Position numbers and translations under genes: made by a program
The notes under the pieces: model-generated
Told to the model about the DNA's origin: nothing
Seen by the model: only the letters and a program-made list of their open reading frames with translations
The model's database searches: none
In this document: piece after piece, positions 31,304-41,506 of the stretch
Position numbering within the stretch: the stretch's first letter is position 1
How the letters are laid out: each line of letters starts with the position of its first letter
From: an uncultured Spirochaetota bacterium
GTDB taxonomy: Bacteria > Spirochaetota > Spirochaetia > SZUA-6 > Fen-1364
Length of the DNA stretch: 64,000 nt
Assembly (NCBI GenBank): GCA_963734545.1
Contig: CAVTHO010000005.1
Location: forward strand, 352,001-416,000
Reading direction: 5' to 3'

Positions 31304-32832
31304 CTATAGATCCTCGACGGACGGGCGCTCACCTCGGGACCAAACTCGCTTTGCTGCTTCGGCTCCGAGGAGTCGTACGCGGTCACGGCAAAGTAGTACA
31401 GGCTCCCGTTTTCCAGGCCGTCGACTACGATGGTCGTGGCGGTCCCTGCGTCGATGGGAGAATCGCCCTGCGCCGCGCCGCGGCCGAGGAAGTTGTGCGG
31501 CTCGCCCCCGTAGTAGACGAGATAGCCTTTTACGCCGAGATCGTTCACTGCGCGCCAGGCGAGAGTCACCTTCCCGTTGCCCGGGGTCGCCGTGAGCCCC
31601 GCGGGCGGAGCAGGGGGCGGGTTGGGCTCGTAGACCACGCTGAGAGCAGACACGCGCGGCGACTGCGCGCGGCGGCCGTCCGGGTACAGCTCCACCCTGA
31701 GCTGGATGTAGCGGGCTTTGAGGGTGTCCTTCAAATCCGCGCCGGGAGTAAAGGGCACCCAGTCGGTCGGGCCGCCGAGAAGCGGTTTGCCGTTCCACGT
31801 ATCCGCCGTCTTGTAGTAGTACTCCACGGAAGTATCCGAGGGCGTTGAAGCAACCGCCTCGATGCGCGCAATGCGCGTGGAGGAAAAGCCGAGGTCGATG
31901 ATCCGTGAAGTGGCCGACCCCGTCTTCCCCAGAAAGCGCGAGATGACCGGGTCATCGACGGCGCGGCGGGAGACCCGCAGCTCATCGAGGAAACCGGTGA
32001 AACCCGCGCCGAGCGTCACAGGCGCCGCAAGCGCCAGCCCCACCTTCGGCACGGCGATGGATCCCGACTCGGTTCCCGTGTCAGTCGTATGGAGGATGGC
32101 CTCGGGGAGCCCATCCAGCCTGTATTCCAGGAGCCCTTCGCGGGCATCGAAGCGCAGCAGGTGGTGGTGCCACGTGCGGGGCAGGAGCTGCCGCGTCCCG
32201 GCAAGCGTGACAGGAAGCCGCTCCCCAGTCGGGAGCGTGAAGAGATTCTGAAATTCCCAGACCAGTCTCCTGTCACGGATAACGCACTGCAGGCTCTGGG
32301 AGAGCAGCCTCGCGTCCTGGCCTGCGCTTTCCCGTGATACCCCGGTCCAGGCGATGATCGATTCTCCATTGGAAAGCGTGGCCGGATAGAGCCAGAACTC
32401 TATCGTGAAGTCGCCCCATGCCGCGCCGGGAGAGAACATGGCGTCACGCGGAGCCTGGAAGCCCACCTCCCGCGCGTCTCCCGTAAAGGCTGCGCTCCCT
32501 CCCCCCAGCGCCGTCACCGCGTCCGTGATGAGGGGAGGGCTGCCGTCCAGAGTGTAGCTGCCGGTTGCATCCGCCGCGCCGGGGGCGTCGAAGTGGAGAA
32601 GCAGCTCGGTTGAGCTGTCGGGGGCGTACTCTCCGCTCGTGAGCACAAGATCCTGAAACCCCCATCTCCCGGGGACGGCAGAGACACCCTCCCACGTCTG
32701 CATCTGGCCCCACAGGTTCCCTTTTCCCAGCTCGATGGACTTCTCGAGCGCGGAGAGTGGACCCGCGAGGAGCAGCAGACAGAGAAAGACCGTCCCGGAG
32801 CGCGATTGTTTCCGGACCATGATTCTGTACAT
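31300..32832 (-). CDS. Secreted LamG-like + fibronectin type III protein
   Basis: Signal peptide, LLLHFD, DFTIEFWLYP, WHH, GFLDELRVS, PGNGKVTLAW..GLENGSLYYFAVTAYD. Confidence 0.82.
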   Translation of the reverse strand: MYRIMVRKQSRSGTVFLCLLLLAGPLSALEKSIELGKGNLWGQMQTWEGVSAVPGRWGFQDLVLTSGEYAPDSSTELLLHFDAPGAADATGSYTLDGSPPLITDAVTALGGGSAAFTGDAREVGFQAPRDAMFSPGAAWGDFTIEFWLYPATLSNGESIIAWTGVSRESAGQDARLLSQSLQCVIRDRRLVWEFQNLFTLPTGERLPVTLAGTRQLLPRTWHHHLLRFDAREGLLEYRLDGLPEAILHTTDTGTESGSIAVPKVGLALAAPVTLGAGFTGFLDELRVSRRAVDDPVISRFLGKTGSATSRIIDLGFSSTRIARIEAVASTPSDTSVEYYYKTADTWNGKPLLGGPTDWVPFTPGADLKDTLKARYIQLRVELYPDGRRAQSPRVSALSVVYEPNPPPAPPAGLTATPGNGKVTLAWRAVNDLGVKGYLVYYGGEPHNFLGRGAAQGDSPIDAGTATTIVVDGLENGSLYYFAVTAYDSSEPKQQSEFGPEVSARPSRIYR

Positions 32833-32856
32833 TAGTATTATAATCGGTATCGAGGG

Positions 32857-34692
32857 GTGTATCTATTGAAGGCTTTCCACGACCCGCGGGACCGCGAGTA
32901 TCCCGACCGGCCCGGTGTCTACATCATGAAAAACCTCGAGGGAACGCCTATCTACGTGGGAAAGGCGCGAAGCCTGAAAAACAGGATCCGCAGCTACTTT
33001 GCCGGTGAGAAAGACATCAAGACCCGGTTCCTTCTGGCGCACATGACGGATATCGAGGTCATTATCACCCACACCGAATACGAGGCGCTGATTCTCGAGA
33101 ACAACCTCATCAAGCAGTGGACGCCGCAGTACAATATCAACCTCAAGGACGGCAAGACCTATCCGGTGATCAGGCTCACCGCGGAGGAGTTCCCCCGGGT
33201 CTACAGGACCCGCCGCATGATCTTCGACGGCTCGGAATACTTCGGACCGTTTCCCAAGCCTCACCAGATCGACCTGTACCTGCGGCTGATCGAGCGCCAC
33301 TTCCCGCTCTGCAAGTATCGCGGCTCGCAGAAGAAGCGCGCGTATCCCTGTCTCAACTATCACATGGGGAGGTGCGCCGGGGCCTGCTGTGGAAAAATCA
33401 CCCGGGAGGAATACCTGAAGATCGTGGACGGCGTGCGCAAGCTCCTCTCGGGCCGCAGCGCGGAGCTCCTGCGCGACTTGAAGGAGAAAATGAAGGCTGC
33501 CTCAGAGACTCAGGAGTTCGAGAGGGCGGCGAAGCTGCGCGACCAGATCGCGGCAATCGAGGAAGTATCAGTCGAGCAGAGGGTGATGGAGTTTACGGAG
33601 GAAGACCGGGACTACATCGCGCTCGCGCCCTGCGGGGAAGCGCAGGTCGTCGTCGTGCTGCAGGTCCGCGAGGGCAAGCTCCTGGGCAAAGAGGTTTTCG
33701 AAGTGGCGGAATACGCGCCTGACGAGGAAGCCCTGTCTCATTTCGTTGCGCGCTACTACGCGGAACGAAAGACGGTCCCCGAGGCAGTCTATGTCGGCCG
33801 CGAGCTTGATGTGGAGAACCTCTCCCTCTTTCTCCGCGAGCTCGCCGGCAGGCAGATTGCGGTGAAGATTCCCCAGCGCGGCAAACACACGCAGCTCATG
33901 TCCATGGCCGAGTCGAACGCCCGGGAGGAGGCTGCCAAGGCGGCGCGCGGGGCGGAGATGACCATGGCGCTCGAGGGGCTCAGGCAGGACCTTGGCTTGT
34001 CGACCCTCCCGCGCAGGATCGAGGGGTTCGATATCGCGCACCTCGAAGGCACGGACACCGTTGCGTCCATGGTGCGGTTCACGGACGGCAGGCCGGACAG
34101 GAAGCTGTACCGCGCATTCACGATCAGGAGCCTGAACGGAAAAGTGGATGACTTTGAATCGATACGCGAGGCGGTGGCACGCCGTTACACCCGGGTGGTG
34201 AACGAGGAGCTGGACCGGCCCGATCTGATCCTCATTGACGGGGGGAAGGGCCAGCTCGGCGCGGCGCGAGGTGTCCTGTCTGCGCTGGGCCTGGACGCGA
34301 TGCCGGTGATCGGGCTGGCCAAGAAGCAGGAGGAGATCTTCATCCCCGGCCGGGAGGACCCCCTTGTTCTGGACGAGGCTTCTCCTTCCCTGCGCATCCT
34401 CGAGCAGGTGCGAAACGAATCTCACAGGTTCGCCACGACTCTGAACAAGAAGAAGCGCGCGAAGCGCGTGGCGCTCACACTGCTGGAAGCGGTGCCGGGG
34501 ATCGGTCAGGCGCGCAGCAAGCGGCTGATGACGACATTCGGCTCGATGGAAGCGATCATGGGGGCCACGGTGGAGGAAATCCAGAAGAAGGCGGGTATCC
34601 CTAGAGAAACTGCCGCCATGCTCCTTGCCCGGCTTTCGCAGCGATATAGTAGACCAGCAGGTGCAGAAGAAGCGCGTGCAGGTCACTCCTGA
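32857..34692 (+). CDS. uvrC: Excinuclease ABC subunit C
   Basis: PGVY..IYVGKA (GIY-YIG), FERAAKLRD, RIEGFDIAH, LILIDGGKGQL, HhH motif. Confidence 0.97.
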   Translation: MYLLKAFHDPRDREYPDRPGVYIMKNLEGTPIYVGKARSLKNRIRSYFAGEKDIKTRFLLAHMTDIEVIITHTEYEALILENNLIKQWTPQYNINLKDGKTYPVIRLTAEEFPRVYRTRRMIFDGSEYFGPFPKPHQIDLYLRLIERHFPLCKYRGSQKKRAYPCLNYHMGRCAGACCGKITREEYLKIVDGVRKLLSGRSAELLRDLKEKMKAASETQEFERAAKLRDQIAAIEEVSVEQRVMEFTEEDRDYIALAPCGEAQVVVVLQVREGKLLGKEVFEVAEYAPDEEALSHFVARYYAERKTVPEAVYVGRELDVENLSLFLRELAGRQIAVKIPQRGKHTQLMSMAESNAREEAAKAARGAEMTMALEGLRQDLGLSTLPRRIEGFDIAHLEGTDTVASMVRFTDGRPDRKLYRAFTIRSLNGKVDDFESIREAVARRYTRVVNEELDRPDLILIDGGKGQLGAARGVLSALGLDAMPVIGLAKKQEEIFIPGREDPLVLDEASPSLRILEQVRNESHRFATTLNKKKRAKRVALTLLEAVPGIGQARSKRLMTTFGSMEAIMGATVEEIQKKAGIPRETAAMLLARLSQRYSRPAGAEEARAGHS

Positions 34693-35620
34693 CGGAGCGG
34701 AAGCGCTCGTCGAAAACGGCCAGAAGCTGCACGATGTCCTCGATCTCCGCGGCGGAGAACTTCCTGTTTCCCGTACCGTAGGTCTTCTGGTTCTTCTTGC
34801 TGAATATCTTCAGCTTCGGGAAGGCCTCCGCGGCCTCGTAGTTGTCGGCGAGCATGCGTTTGAAAGCGGCCAGCCGGCGAAACTGCACGAGAAGGCCGCT
34901 CGCGAGCTGCGTTGCTTCCGCCTCGCGGGAGAGCAGGATCTTGTCCAGCACTTCTTCAGCGTCCGTCAGCTCTCGTTCACAGATCTTGTCGAACAGCGTG
35001 AAGACGTTTTCTTCCTTTGAGTGGTAGATGTACTGTTCCACGCTGTCCAGATGGATCGTGGTGTCAGGGCCGAAGAACTGGGCAAGCCGATCACACTCCA
35101 CCCGCATGTCGCGCGTGTTGTTTTCCACCATGTCGAGGATATACTCCACCGCCAGCGGATCGATGGAGATCTTCTTCTGCCGGAAGTATCCCGTGACCCA
35201 GCCCTGTTTCTGGTTGTCGAACATCTCCCAGAAAATCTTCTGATTCTCTTTGGGAATGGCTGCCGAGATCTTCCTGTCGATTTCCCCCGCGAAGCCCGGG
35301 CTCACCAGGAGGAGAGTGGCATCTTTGGCCGGTGAGCCCAGGTACTCCACCAGCGCCGCCACCTCCTCTGCGCGCTTGATCTCTTCCGCGTTCGCGAGGA
35401 TCACGAGCCGCTGCGCGCTGAAGAGCGTCTGATTGCGCAGGCACAGGATCACATCCGCCATGCGGCTCTCACCCGCGTAGAATCTGGTGATCTCGGGTTT
35501 CTCTCCCCGCTTTGCCGCCAGGCCCTGCGTGATCTTTTCGATGAATGCCGTCTTTTCGCCTTCTTCGGGACCGAGCAGAAGGTGCGCCGGAAGGTCGCGC
35601 GGCGCCGCCGCGGGGCTCAC
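34601..35620 (-). CDS. holA: DNA polymerase III delta subunit
   Basis: LLLGPEEGEK, LFSAQRLVIL, MVENNT, HSKEENVFTLF. Confidence 0.88.
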   Translation of the reverse strand: MSPAAAPRDLPAHLLLGPEEGEKTAFIEKITQGLAAKRGEKPEITRFYAGESRMADVILCLRNQTLFSAQRLVILANAEEIKRAEEVAALVEYLGSPAKDATLLLVSPGFAGEIDRKISAAIPKENQKIFWEMFDNQKQGWVTGYFRQKKISIDPLAVEYILDMVENNTRDMRVECDRLAQFFGPDTTIHLDSVEQYIYHSKEENVFTLFDKICERELTDAEEVLDKILLSREAEATQLASGLLVQFRRLAAFKRMLADNYEAAEAFPKLKIFSKKNQKTYGTGNRKFSAAEIEDIVQLLAVFDERFRSVRSDLHALLLHLLVYYIAAKAGQGAWRQFL

Positions 35621-36222
35621 GGATAGGTTCTCATGAGGAAGGCAAGCCTTCCGAGGATGCGCACGTTCTGCGTGTAGAGGGGAGGATACTTGGGGTTCTC
35701 GGCCTTGAGACGGACACGGTTCTTCTCGATGTAGAACCGTTTGAGGGTGACGGCCTCGTCCACCATGGCCACCACGATGTCGCCATTGTCCGCGGTGCTC
35801 TGCTGGGTCACCACCACGACATCTCCGTCCATGATACCGGCGTCCTTCATGCTGTCTCCCTTCACCTGCAGGGCGAAGTGCGTGGACTTGCCCAGGGAGG
35901 CAGCAGGGACATGGACGTAGCCCTGGAGGTTTTCCTCCGCGAAGAGCGGCTTCCCGGCGGCCACATTGCCCAGCAGGGGAACGGATGCCACTTCCTCCCC
36001 GACCGCCTCGACGTCACGCAGGATCTCGATGGCGCGCGACCTGTTCTCGTGACAGCGCAGGTATGCCTTCTTCTCCAGGGCCTTCACGTGGTCGTAGCTC
36101 CCCTTCACGGAGAAGCGGAAATTCGTGGCGATTTCCCGTATGGTGGGAGGATAGCGGTTGAGGCGGATGAATTCGCGGATGAAATTGAACACTTCCCGCT
36201 GGCGCTGGGTCAGACCCTTCAT
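35617..36222 (-). CDS. lexA: SOS repressor LexA
   Basis: LTQRQ, YPPTIREIA, VAAG cleavage site, VKGDSM, VTLKR. Confidence 0.97.
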   Translation of the reverse strand: MKGLTQRQREVFNFIREFIRLNRYPPTIREIATNFRFSVKGSYDHVKALEKKAYLRCHENRSRAIEILRDVEAVGEEVASVPLLGNVAAGKPLFAEENLQGYVHVPAASLGKSTHFALQVKGDSMKDAGIMDGDVVVVTQQSTADNGDIVVAMVDEAVTLKRFYIEKNRVRLKAENPKYPPLYTQNVRILGRLAFLMRTYP

Positions 36223-36228
36223 TTTCTT

Positions 36229-37593
36229 CTACTTCTCCGCCGTGATCTTCAACTTCTTCATCTTGCTGTGGAGATTGCTCGCGTACACCCCCAGGGCGTC
36301 CGCCGCCCGGGAGATGTTGCCTCCGTTCTCCCTGAGCTTTGCCGCGATCAGGTCGCGCTCGAAGCTGTCACGTGCTTCGGCGAGCGTCATCGTGTCATAC
36401 GCGGAAAGCGTGCTGTCCGCCTCCTGGCGGGGGGTCGCACCGAGGAAGGACTTGACCGACGAGGCGGAGATCACAAGCTCCTCCGCCATGATATTAATCC
36501 TCTCCACGAAGTTTTTCAATTCCCTTATATTGCCCGGCCAATGATACGCGCAGAGGAGCCGCATGCCCTCGGGGGAGACGGTCTTGGGCTCCATGGCCGA
36601 GGGCCGCTTGAACTTCTCCATGAAGTAGGCGACCAGCTCCGGCATGTCCTCGATCCGCTCGCGCAGGGGGGGGACCGTGATGGGCACCACGTTGATGCGG
36701 AAGAAGAGATCCTCGCGGAATCGCCCGGCGCGGATCTGCTCGTGGATGTCCTTGTTGGTGGCGGAGATCACGCGCACGTCCACCGAGAGCGATTCCTCCC
36801 CCCCGACACGCTCGAAACGCATCTCCTGCAGCACGCGGAGAACCTTTGCCTGGGTGACAAGGGACATGTCCGCGATCTCGTCGAGGAAGAGCGTGCCGTG
36901 ATGGGCCATTTCGACCTTGCCCCGTCTGCGCTGCAGGGCGCTGGTGAAGGCGCCTTTCTCGTGTCCGAAAAGCTCGCTTTCGATCAGGCTCTCGGGAATT
37001 GCCGCACAGTTGAGCTCCACGAACGGCCGGCCCGCCCGGGCGCTGCGCGCGTGGATCTCGCGGGCCACCAGCTCCTTGCCGGTTCCGTTTTCCCCCAGGA
37101 TGAGGATCCGCGAGTCGCTGCCGGCCGCCTGCTCGATGAGCCCGCGCACCGCTTTCATTCCCGGGCTCGAGCCCACCATCCTGTCGTCAATGAAGATGCT
37201 GTTCTTCAGAGTCCTGTTCTCCCGGCGCAGGTCCTCGATCGCGATTGCGTTGCGCACCACCGTCATGGTCCTGTCCAGCGAGAGGGGCTTTTCCAGGAAG
37301 TCGAAGGCGCCCATCTTGGTGGCCTGCACGGCGAGGGAGATGTTCGCGTGGCCCGAGATCATGATGACTTCCACGTCGGGAAACTGCTCCCGGATCCGCT
37401 TCAGCACCTCGATGCCCCCCATGTTGGGAAGCCACACGTCGAGAAACACGAGGTCGACGGTGGAGGCGGCGAGCTCGGCCAGGCCCTGCGCGCCATCCTC
37501 GGCGGCGAGCACCGTGTAACCCTCGTCCTCCAGGATGTCGCGGAGCACCGTGCGGATGCCCGGCTCGTCGTCGATGATAAGGATGCTGCTCAT
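36229..37593 (-). CDS. ntrX: NtrX/NtrC-family response regulator (REC-AAA-HTH)
   Basis: ILIIDDE, LDVW, GENGTGKE, ESELFGHEKGAFTSA, WPGNIREL. Confidence 0.85.
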   Translation of the reverse strand: MSSILIIDDEPGIRTVLRDILEDEGYTVLAAEDGAQGLAELAASTVDLVFLDVWLPNMGGIEVLKRIREQFPDVEVIMISGHANISLAVQATKMGAFDFLEKPLSLDRTMTVVRNAIAIEDLRRENRTLKNSIFIDDRMVGSSPGMKAVRGLIEQAAGSDSRILILGENGTGKELVAREIHARSARAGRPFVELNCAAIPESLIESELFGHEKGAFTSALQRRRGKVEMAHHGTLFLDEIADMSLVTQAKVLRVLQEMRFERVGGEESLSVDVRVISATNKDIHEQIRAGRFREDLFFRINVVPITVPPLRERIEDMPELVAYFMEKFKRPSAMEPKTVSPEGMRLLCAYHWPGNIRELKNFVERINIMAEELVISASSVKSFLGATPRQEADSTLSAYDTMTLAEARDSFERDLIAAKLRENGGNISRAADALGVYASNLHSKMKKLKITAEK

Positions 37594-39365
37594 GCCTGCG
37601 GCCCTCCCGCGGCCCCGGTCGGCAGGTCGATGAAGAACGTGGTGCCGGTGCTTCCATCGCTCTCTGCCCACACGTTGCCCTTGTGGTCGAACACGATGCG
37701 CTGCACGATGGCGAGGCCCAGTCCCGTGCCGTCTTTTTTCGTGGTGAAGTAGGGATCGAAGATGCTGTCCATGTTCGACTCGCTGATGCCCGTCCCCGTG
37801 TCGCTCACGGCGATTCGACAGAAGCTGGTGTGGGCCTTCTTGACCACGTCTGCGCGCACGGAGAGAAGGCCGCCTTCCGGCATGGCCTGGATGGCGTTGG
37901 TGAAGAGATTGGCGAAGACGCGCTTCATCTGGTTCCTGTCCACGGCCAGCACAATGGAGTCAGGCACCTCCTTGACGTCGATTTTCACCCGTGAAGAAAG
38001 GTGCGCATAGACGGAGGCAACCTCCCCGAGCATCTCCTTGAGAATGACCTCCGCCGGCCGGGGAACCGGCAGCTTCGCGAACTCCCCGAATTCGCGCAGC
38101 ATCCTCTCCAGGTTCTCCACCTCGGTGATGATCGACGAGACGGCAGGATGCAGGACTTTTGTGAAGTCCTCGCCGCCCTCCTGGTACTTCTTCAGCATCC
38201 GCTGGGCGGAGAGCTTGATCGGGGTGAGCGGGTTGCGGATCTCGTGCGCGAGGCGCTGGGCGATTTCCTGCCAGGCGGTGATCCTTTCCGCCTGCAGCAG
38301 CTTGCGCCGCGACCGCTCGAGCTCGGAGATCATGCCATTGAAGGAGTCCACCAGGTTGGCCAGCTCGTCCCGCGGCCGGGTGAGGATGCGGAAGCTGAAA
38401 TCCCCTTCCGCCACCCGCCGGGTGGCGTCCTCCAGGTGCACGATGGGCCCGATGATCCTCTCGGTGAGAAGGAGGCTGACCAGTATCGTGATGAAGAAGA
38501 TGGGCAGGGAGAACAGGAAGAAAAAGCCCACCAGCACGAGCCTGAAAAGCACGCGAAACTGGTCGAGCGCCGTGAAGAGGGTCAGGCTCTCGGTGAGCTT
38601 GCGCGCGTTTTTCCGGAGATCGGCGGACAGAAGCGCGCTGGCCACGGCCGTCAGCCGTGTCCCGCCCACCGTGAAGCTTCTCACATCGCGCAGGATCGTC
38701 ACGTCCTCCCGCACTTCCTGGCCGCCCGCCCCTTCCGCGCTGGACAGACGCGCGCGGGGGTCGCCGCGGAACGCGAGGTCCTTCCCCTCCCGGGAGAAGA
38801 GCTGCAGCGCGCCGAGACTCGAGTTGACCGCCTGGATCTCCGTCCATGTCCTGTCGGGCGCGGAAGCGAAGTCGCCCACGAGGCCCGGGGCGAGAGGACC
38901 ATCCATGAAGGAGCGAAGCACTTGGAGCCTTTCCTTCTGGTAGGCAATCGCCATGTCGCGCGCGCCCCGCAAAGCGTCGCCTATCGAGGAGCTGAACCAC
39001 GTTCCCATTGCGGAGTTGACGAATGTGATGCCGAGCATGGCCTGGGGTCCGGCCGAGAGAACACTGACCAGGGTGAAAAAAAGAAGGAGCCGCAGGCGCA
39101 GGCCTGCTCCGGACTGCCGCAGCGCCCGCTGGCGCAGCAGGCGCGTGATCTGGAAGACCGTGATCCCCAGGAGCACCAGGGGCAGCGCCAGGGCCACGAG
39201 GAGCGCGATGGTCGTTGTTCCGGGATCAGCGCTTGCGATGGTGGTGATGAATGTCCGGGAGAAGGCGATGATCACGCCGATGAGAATGACGAACAGGAGC
39301 ACCAGGGCGAGCAGGCCGCGCGACGTGTTCTCCGCCATGGCTGCCCGGTCCGCCGCGCGCTTCAT
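37590..39365 (-). CDS. ntrY: NtrY-like HAMP sensor histidine kinase
   Basis: AWQEIAQRLAHEIRNPLTPIKLSAQR, DTGTG, GTGLGLAI. Confidence 0.85.
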   Translation of the reverse strand: MKRAADRAAMAENTSRGLLALVLLFVILIGVIIAFSRTFITTIASADPGTTTIALLVALALPLVLLGITVFQITRLLRQRALRQSGAGLRLRLLLFFTLVSVLSAGPQAMLGITFVNSAMGTWFSSSIGDALRGARDMAIAYQKERLQVLRSFMDGPLAPGLVGDFASAPDRTWTEIQAVNSSLGALQLFSREGKDLAFRGDPRARLSSAEGAGGQEVREDVTILRDVRSFTVGGTRLTAVASALLSADLRKNARKLTESLTLFTALDQFRVLFRLVLVGFFFLFSLPIFFITILVSLLLTERIIGPIVHLEDATRRVAEGDFSFRILTRPRDELANLVDSFNGMISELERSRRKLLQAERITAWQEIAQRLAHEIRNPLTPIKLSAQRMLKKYQEGGEDFTKVLHPAVSSIITEVENLERMLREFGEFAKLPVPRPAEVILKEMLGEVASVYAHLSSRVKIDVKEVPDSIVLAVDRNQMKRVFANLFTNAIQAMPEGGLLSVRADVVKKAHTSFCRIAVSDTGTGISESNMDSIFDPYFTTKKDGTGLGLAIVQRIVFDHKGNVWAESDGSTGTTFFIDLPTGAAGGPQA

Positions 39366-39910
39366 GGCGCCTCCCTCCTCACCCAGGGGCTGGTGTACGT
39401 GGCGGCTCGGCCCACGATGCTGACCAGGGTCAGCGGAGGCATGAGGCGGACGGGCTCGAACTGCGCCCGCGCCATCACGTACAGGGCGGCCGAGGCAGGG
39501 GGACGGACGTACAGGGGCATCTCGGAAAGGCTGAAGAAACCCTCGAGGAGCTCGTTCACGCTCGCGAAGGACACACGCTCGCCCGTGTCGGTCTCCACAA
39601 CGAACCGTTCATCAAGGAAATCCCAGAACGCGCTGCGCGAGAACCTGCGCTCGGCGAGCATGCGGTCCCCGGGGAAGGGGAAAATTCCCTGCCGCTTTTC
39701 GTACACGCGCGCCGTGAATGTGATCCTGGATTCGAGGCCCTGGCGGAGGGAAGAGACCAGCTCCTCCATGCGATCCCACCGGAACGTCACGTCCGCCGAA
39801 AGGACTCCGGCGGGTGAGGACAAGGACACCTCCACGCCCTGGCCGTGCACTGCCGCCGCCGGCAGCAGGGCGACGCACAGGACCAGGACGGCCGCACGGC
39901 CGCGCGGCAC
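39362..39910 (-). CDS. DUF4390-like exported protein
   Basis: Signal peptide, SLRQGLESRITFTARVY. Located directly upstream of ntrY, as is typical for DUF4390. Confidence 0.6.
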   Translation of the reverse strand: MPRGRAAVLVLCVALLPAAAVHGQGVEVSLSSPAGVLSADVTFRWDRMEELVSSLRQGLESRITFTARVYEKRQGIFPFPGDRMLAERRFSRSAFWDFLDERFVVETDTGERVSFASVNELLEGFFSLSEMPLYVRPPASAALYVMARAQFEPVRLMPPLTLVSIVGRAATYTSPWVRREAP

Positions 39911-39911
39911 C

Positions 39912-40178
39912 CTATTCCTCTTCGAAACGGTTCGCGAACAATTTCTCGATCGCGTCAACGGCCTGCGCCTCGTCGGGCCCATCGGCGATTATCTTCAGCG
40001 GCGTGTTGTAAGTGGCGCCGAGGGTGATGACTCCCATGATGGATTTTCCATTGACCCTCTCGCTGTCTTTCTCGATATAGATCTGGGAGCTGAACCCGCT
40101 GGCAGTTTTCACCAGCAGCGCCGCGGGGCGGGCGTGCATGCCTGCCCGGTTGCGGATCGTGACGATGCGCTCGACCAT
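39912..40178 (-). CDS. ptsH: Phosphocarrier protein HPr
   Basis: GMHARPAA (His15), NGKSIMG (Ser46). Confidence 0.96.
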   Translation of the reverse strand: MVERIVTIRNRAGMHARPAALLVKTASGFSSQIYIEKDSERVNGKSIMGVITLGATYNTPLKIIADGPDEAQAVDAIEKLFANRFEEE

Positions 40179-40184
40179 GTCGCC

Positions 40185-41174
40185 TCATTTCTCGTTCAGG
40201 AAGATTTCCCGGGTGCTCTCGCCTTCCAGCCAGTTCATGACATTGCGGTTGAACTCGCGCGCCGAATAGTAGCCCATTTTCTTCAGCCGCTCGTTTCGGG
40301 CCGCCGTTTCGATTATGACGGGCACATTGCGACCCGGTTTGATGGGGACGGTGACGCACGGCACGTGCACGCCGAGGATGTCCTCCGTGGCTTCCTCCGC
40401 GCCGATCCTGTCATAGTTCTTGTCGGGGTTCCACAACTCCAGATTCACCACGAGCTGGATGCGCTTCTTGTCCCTGATTGCCCCGACACCGAAGAGGTGG
40501 GTGATATTGATGATCCCCAGGCCCCGGATCTCCATGTGGTGGCTGACCACCTGCGCCCCGGTTCCCATCAGGATGTTGCCGCTCACCCGGCGGATCTCCA
40601 CTGAATCGTCTGCGACCAGGCGATGCCCGCGCTCGATGAGTGACAACGCCGATTCGCTCTTGCCGACCCCGCTCTCCCCTTGGATCAGAACGCCGATGCC
40701 GAAAACCTCCACGAGGACCCCGTGGACCGTCTTCTTGGGCGCGTAGATGGTCGAAAGCACGCGCAGGATCCGCATCGTGAACTCCGAGGTCGAGAGATCC
40801 GTCTGCAGGCTTGGGCACTCGGCCGCCTCCGCGCATTCGGCAAAGTCCGCGGTGGGCTCCAGCGAGTGGGTGAACACGCAGCACGGGATCGGATAGGTGA
40901 ACAGCTTCTCCAGCTCCTTGCGCTGTTTTTCCTTTGCCAGCTTCTGGAGATACGCGTTCTCGCCCCTGCCGAATATCTGGATGCGCTGAAAGGCGAAGTT
41001 TTCGTAGAAGCCGCCGAGCTCGAGGCCGGGGCGGTTGATGTCCGTGACGGCAATCTCCCTGATGAGGCCGGGTCTCCCGCCGATGCACGTGAGATCCAGC
41101 GCATCGTTCTCCCGCAAATCGAGCTGCAGCAAGTCCAGGACCCGGAATTTTTCCTTCGCCGAATTGGGGGCCAT
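40185..41174 (-). CDS. hprK: HPr kinase/phosphorylase
   Basis: INRPGLEL, HGVLVEVFG, GESGVGKSE, LVADD, MEIRGLGI, PGRN. Confidence 0.97.
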   Translation of the reverse strand: MAPNSAKEKFRVLDLLQLDLRENDALDLTCIGGRPGLIREIAVTDINRPGLELGGFYENFAFQRIQIFGRGENAYLQKLAKEKQRKELEKLFTYPIPCCVFTHSLEPTADFAECAEAAECPSLQTDLSTSEFTMRILRVLSTIYAPKKTVHGVLVEVFGIGVLIQGESGVGKSESALSLIERGHRLVADDSVEIRRVSGNILMGTGAQVVSHHMEIRGLGIINITHLFGVGAIRDKKRIQLVVNLELWNPDKNYDRIGAEEATEDILGVHVPCVTVPIKPGRNVPVIIETAARNERLKKMGYYSAREFNRNVMNWLEGESTREIFLNEK

Positions 41175-41182
41175 GTTCCCGC

Positions 41183-41506
41183 CTACTCTTCTTCCTTCAC
41201 GATTTCTTTCTTCTTGTGATGGTCCTTGATCTTGGATTTTTCTTTCTCGATCTTGGCTTCCAGCTTGTCGAAGAACTCGTCGATGCCCTGGTTGAGATCG
41301 AAACTTTCCACCCCGAGGTGTGTGGATGCTCCCCATCGAAAATTGACGGTCGCCTCCACCTTGTAGAGATTTTTCTCCCGGGTGAGGTTCAGCATGAAGT
41401 CCACGATGAGATCCCGGGCGAAATCCAGGCGCGGCATTTTTGCATCGAGGTATTCCTGTACGTTCTTGGTGACTTCCAGATGGATTCCCTTGATTTCGAC
41501 GTTCAT
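41183..41506 (-). CDS. hpf: Ribosome hibernation factor HPF/RaiA
   Basis: MNVEIKGIHLEVT..GIDEFFDKLEAKIEKEKSK. Follows rpoN. Confidence 0.88.
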   Translation of the reverse strand: MNVEIKGIHLEVTKNVQEYLDAKMPRLDFARDLIVDFMLNLTREKNLYKVEATVNFRWGASTHLGVESFDLNQGIDEFFDKLEAKIEKEKSKIKDHHKKKEIVKEEE

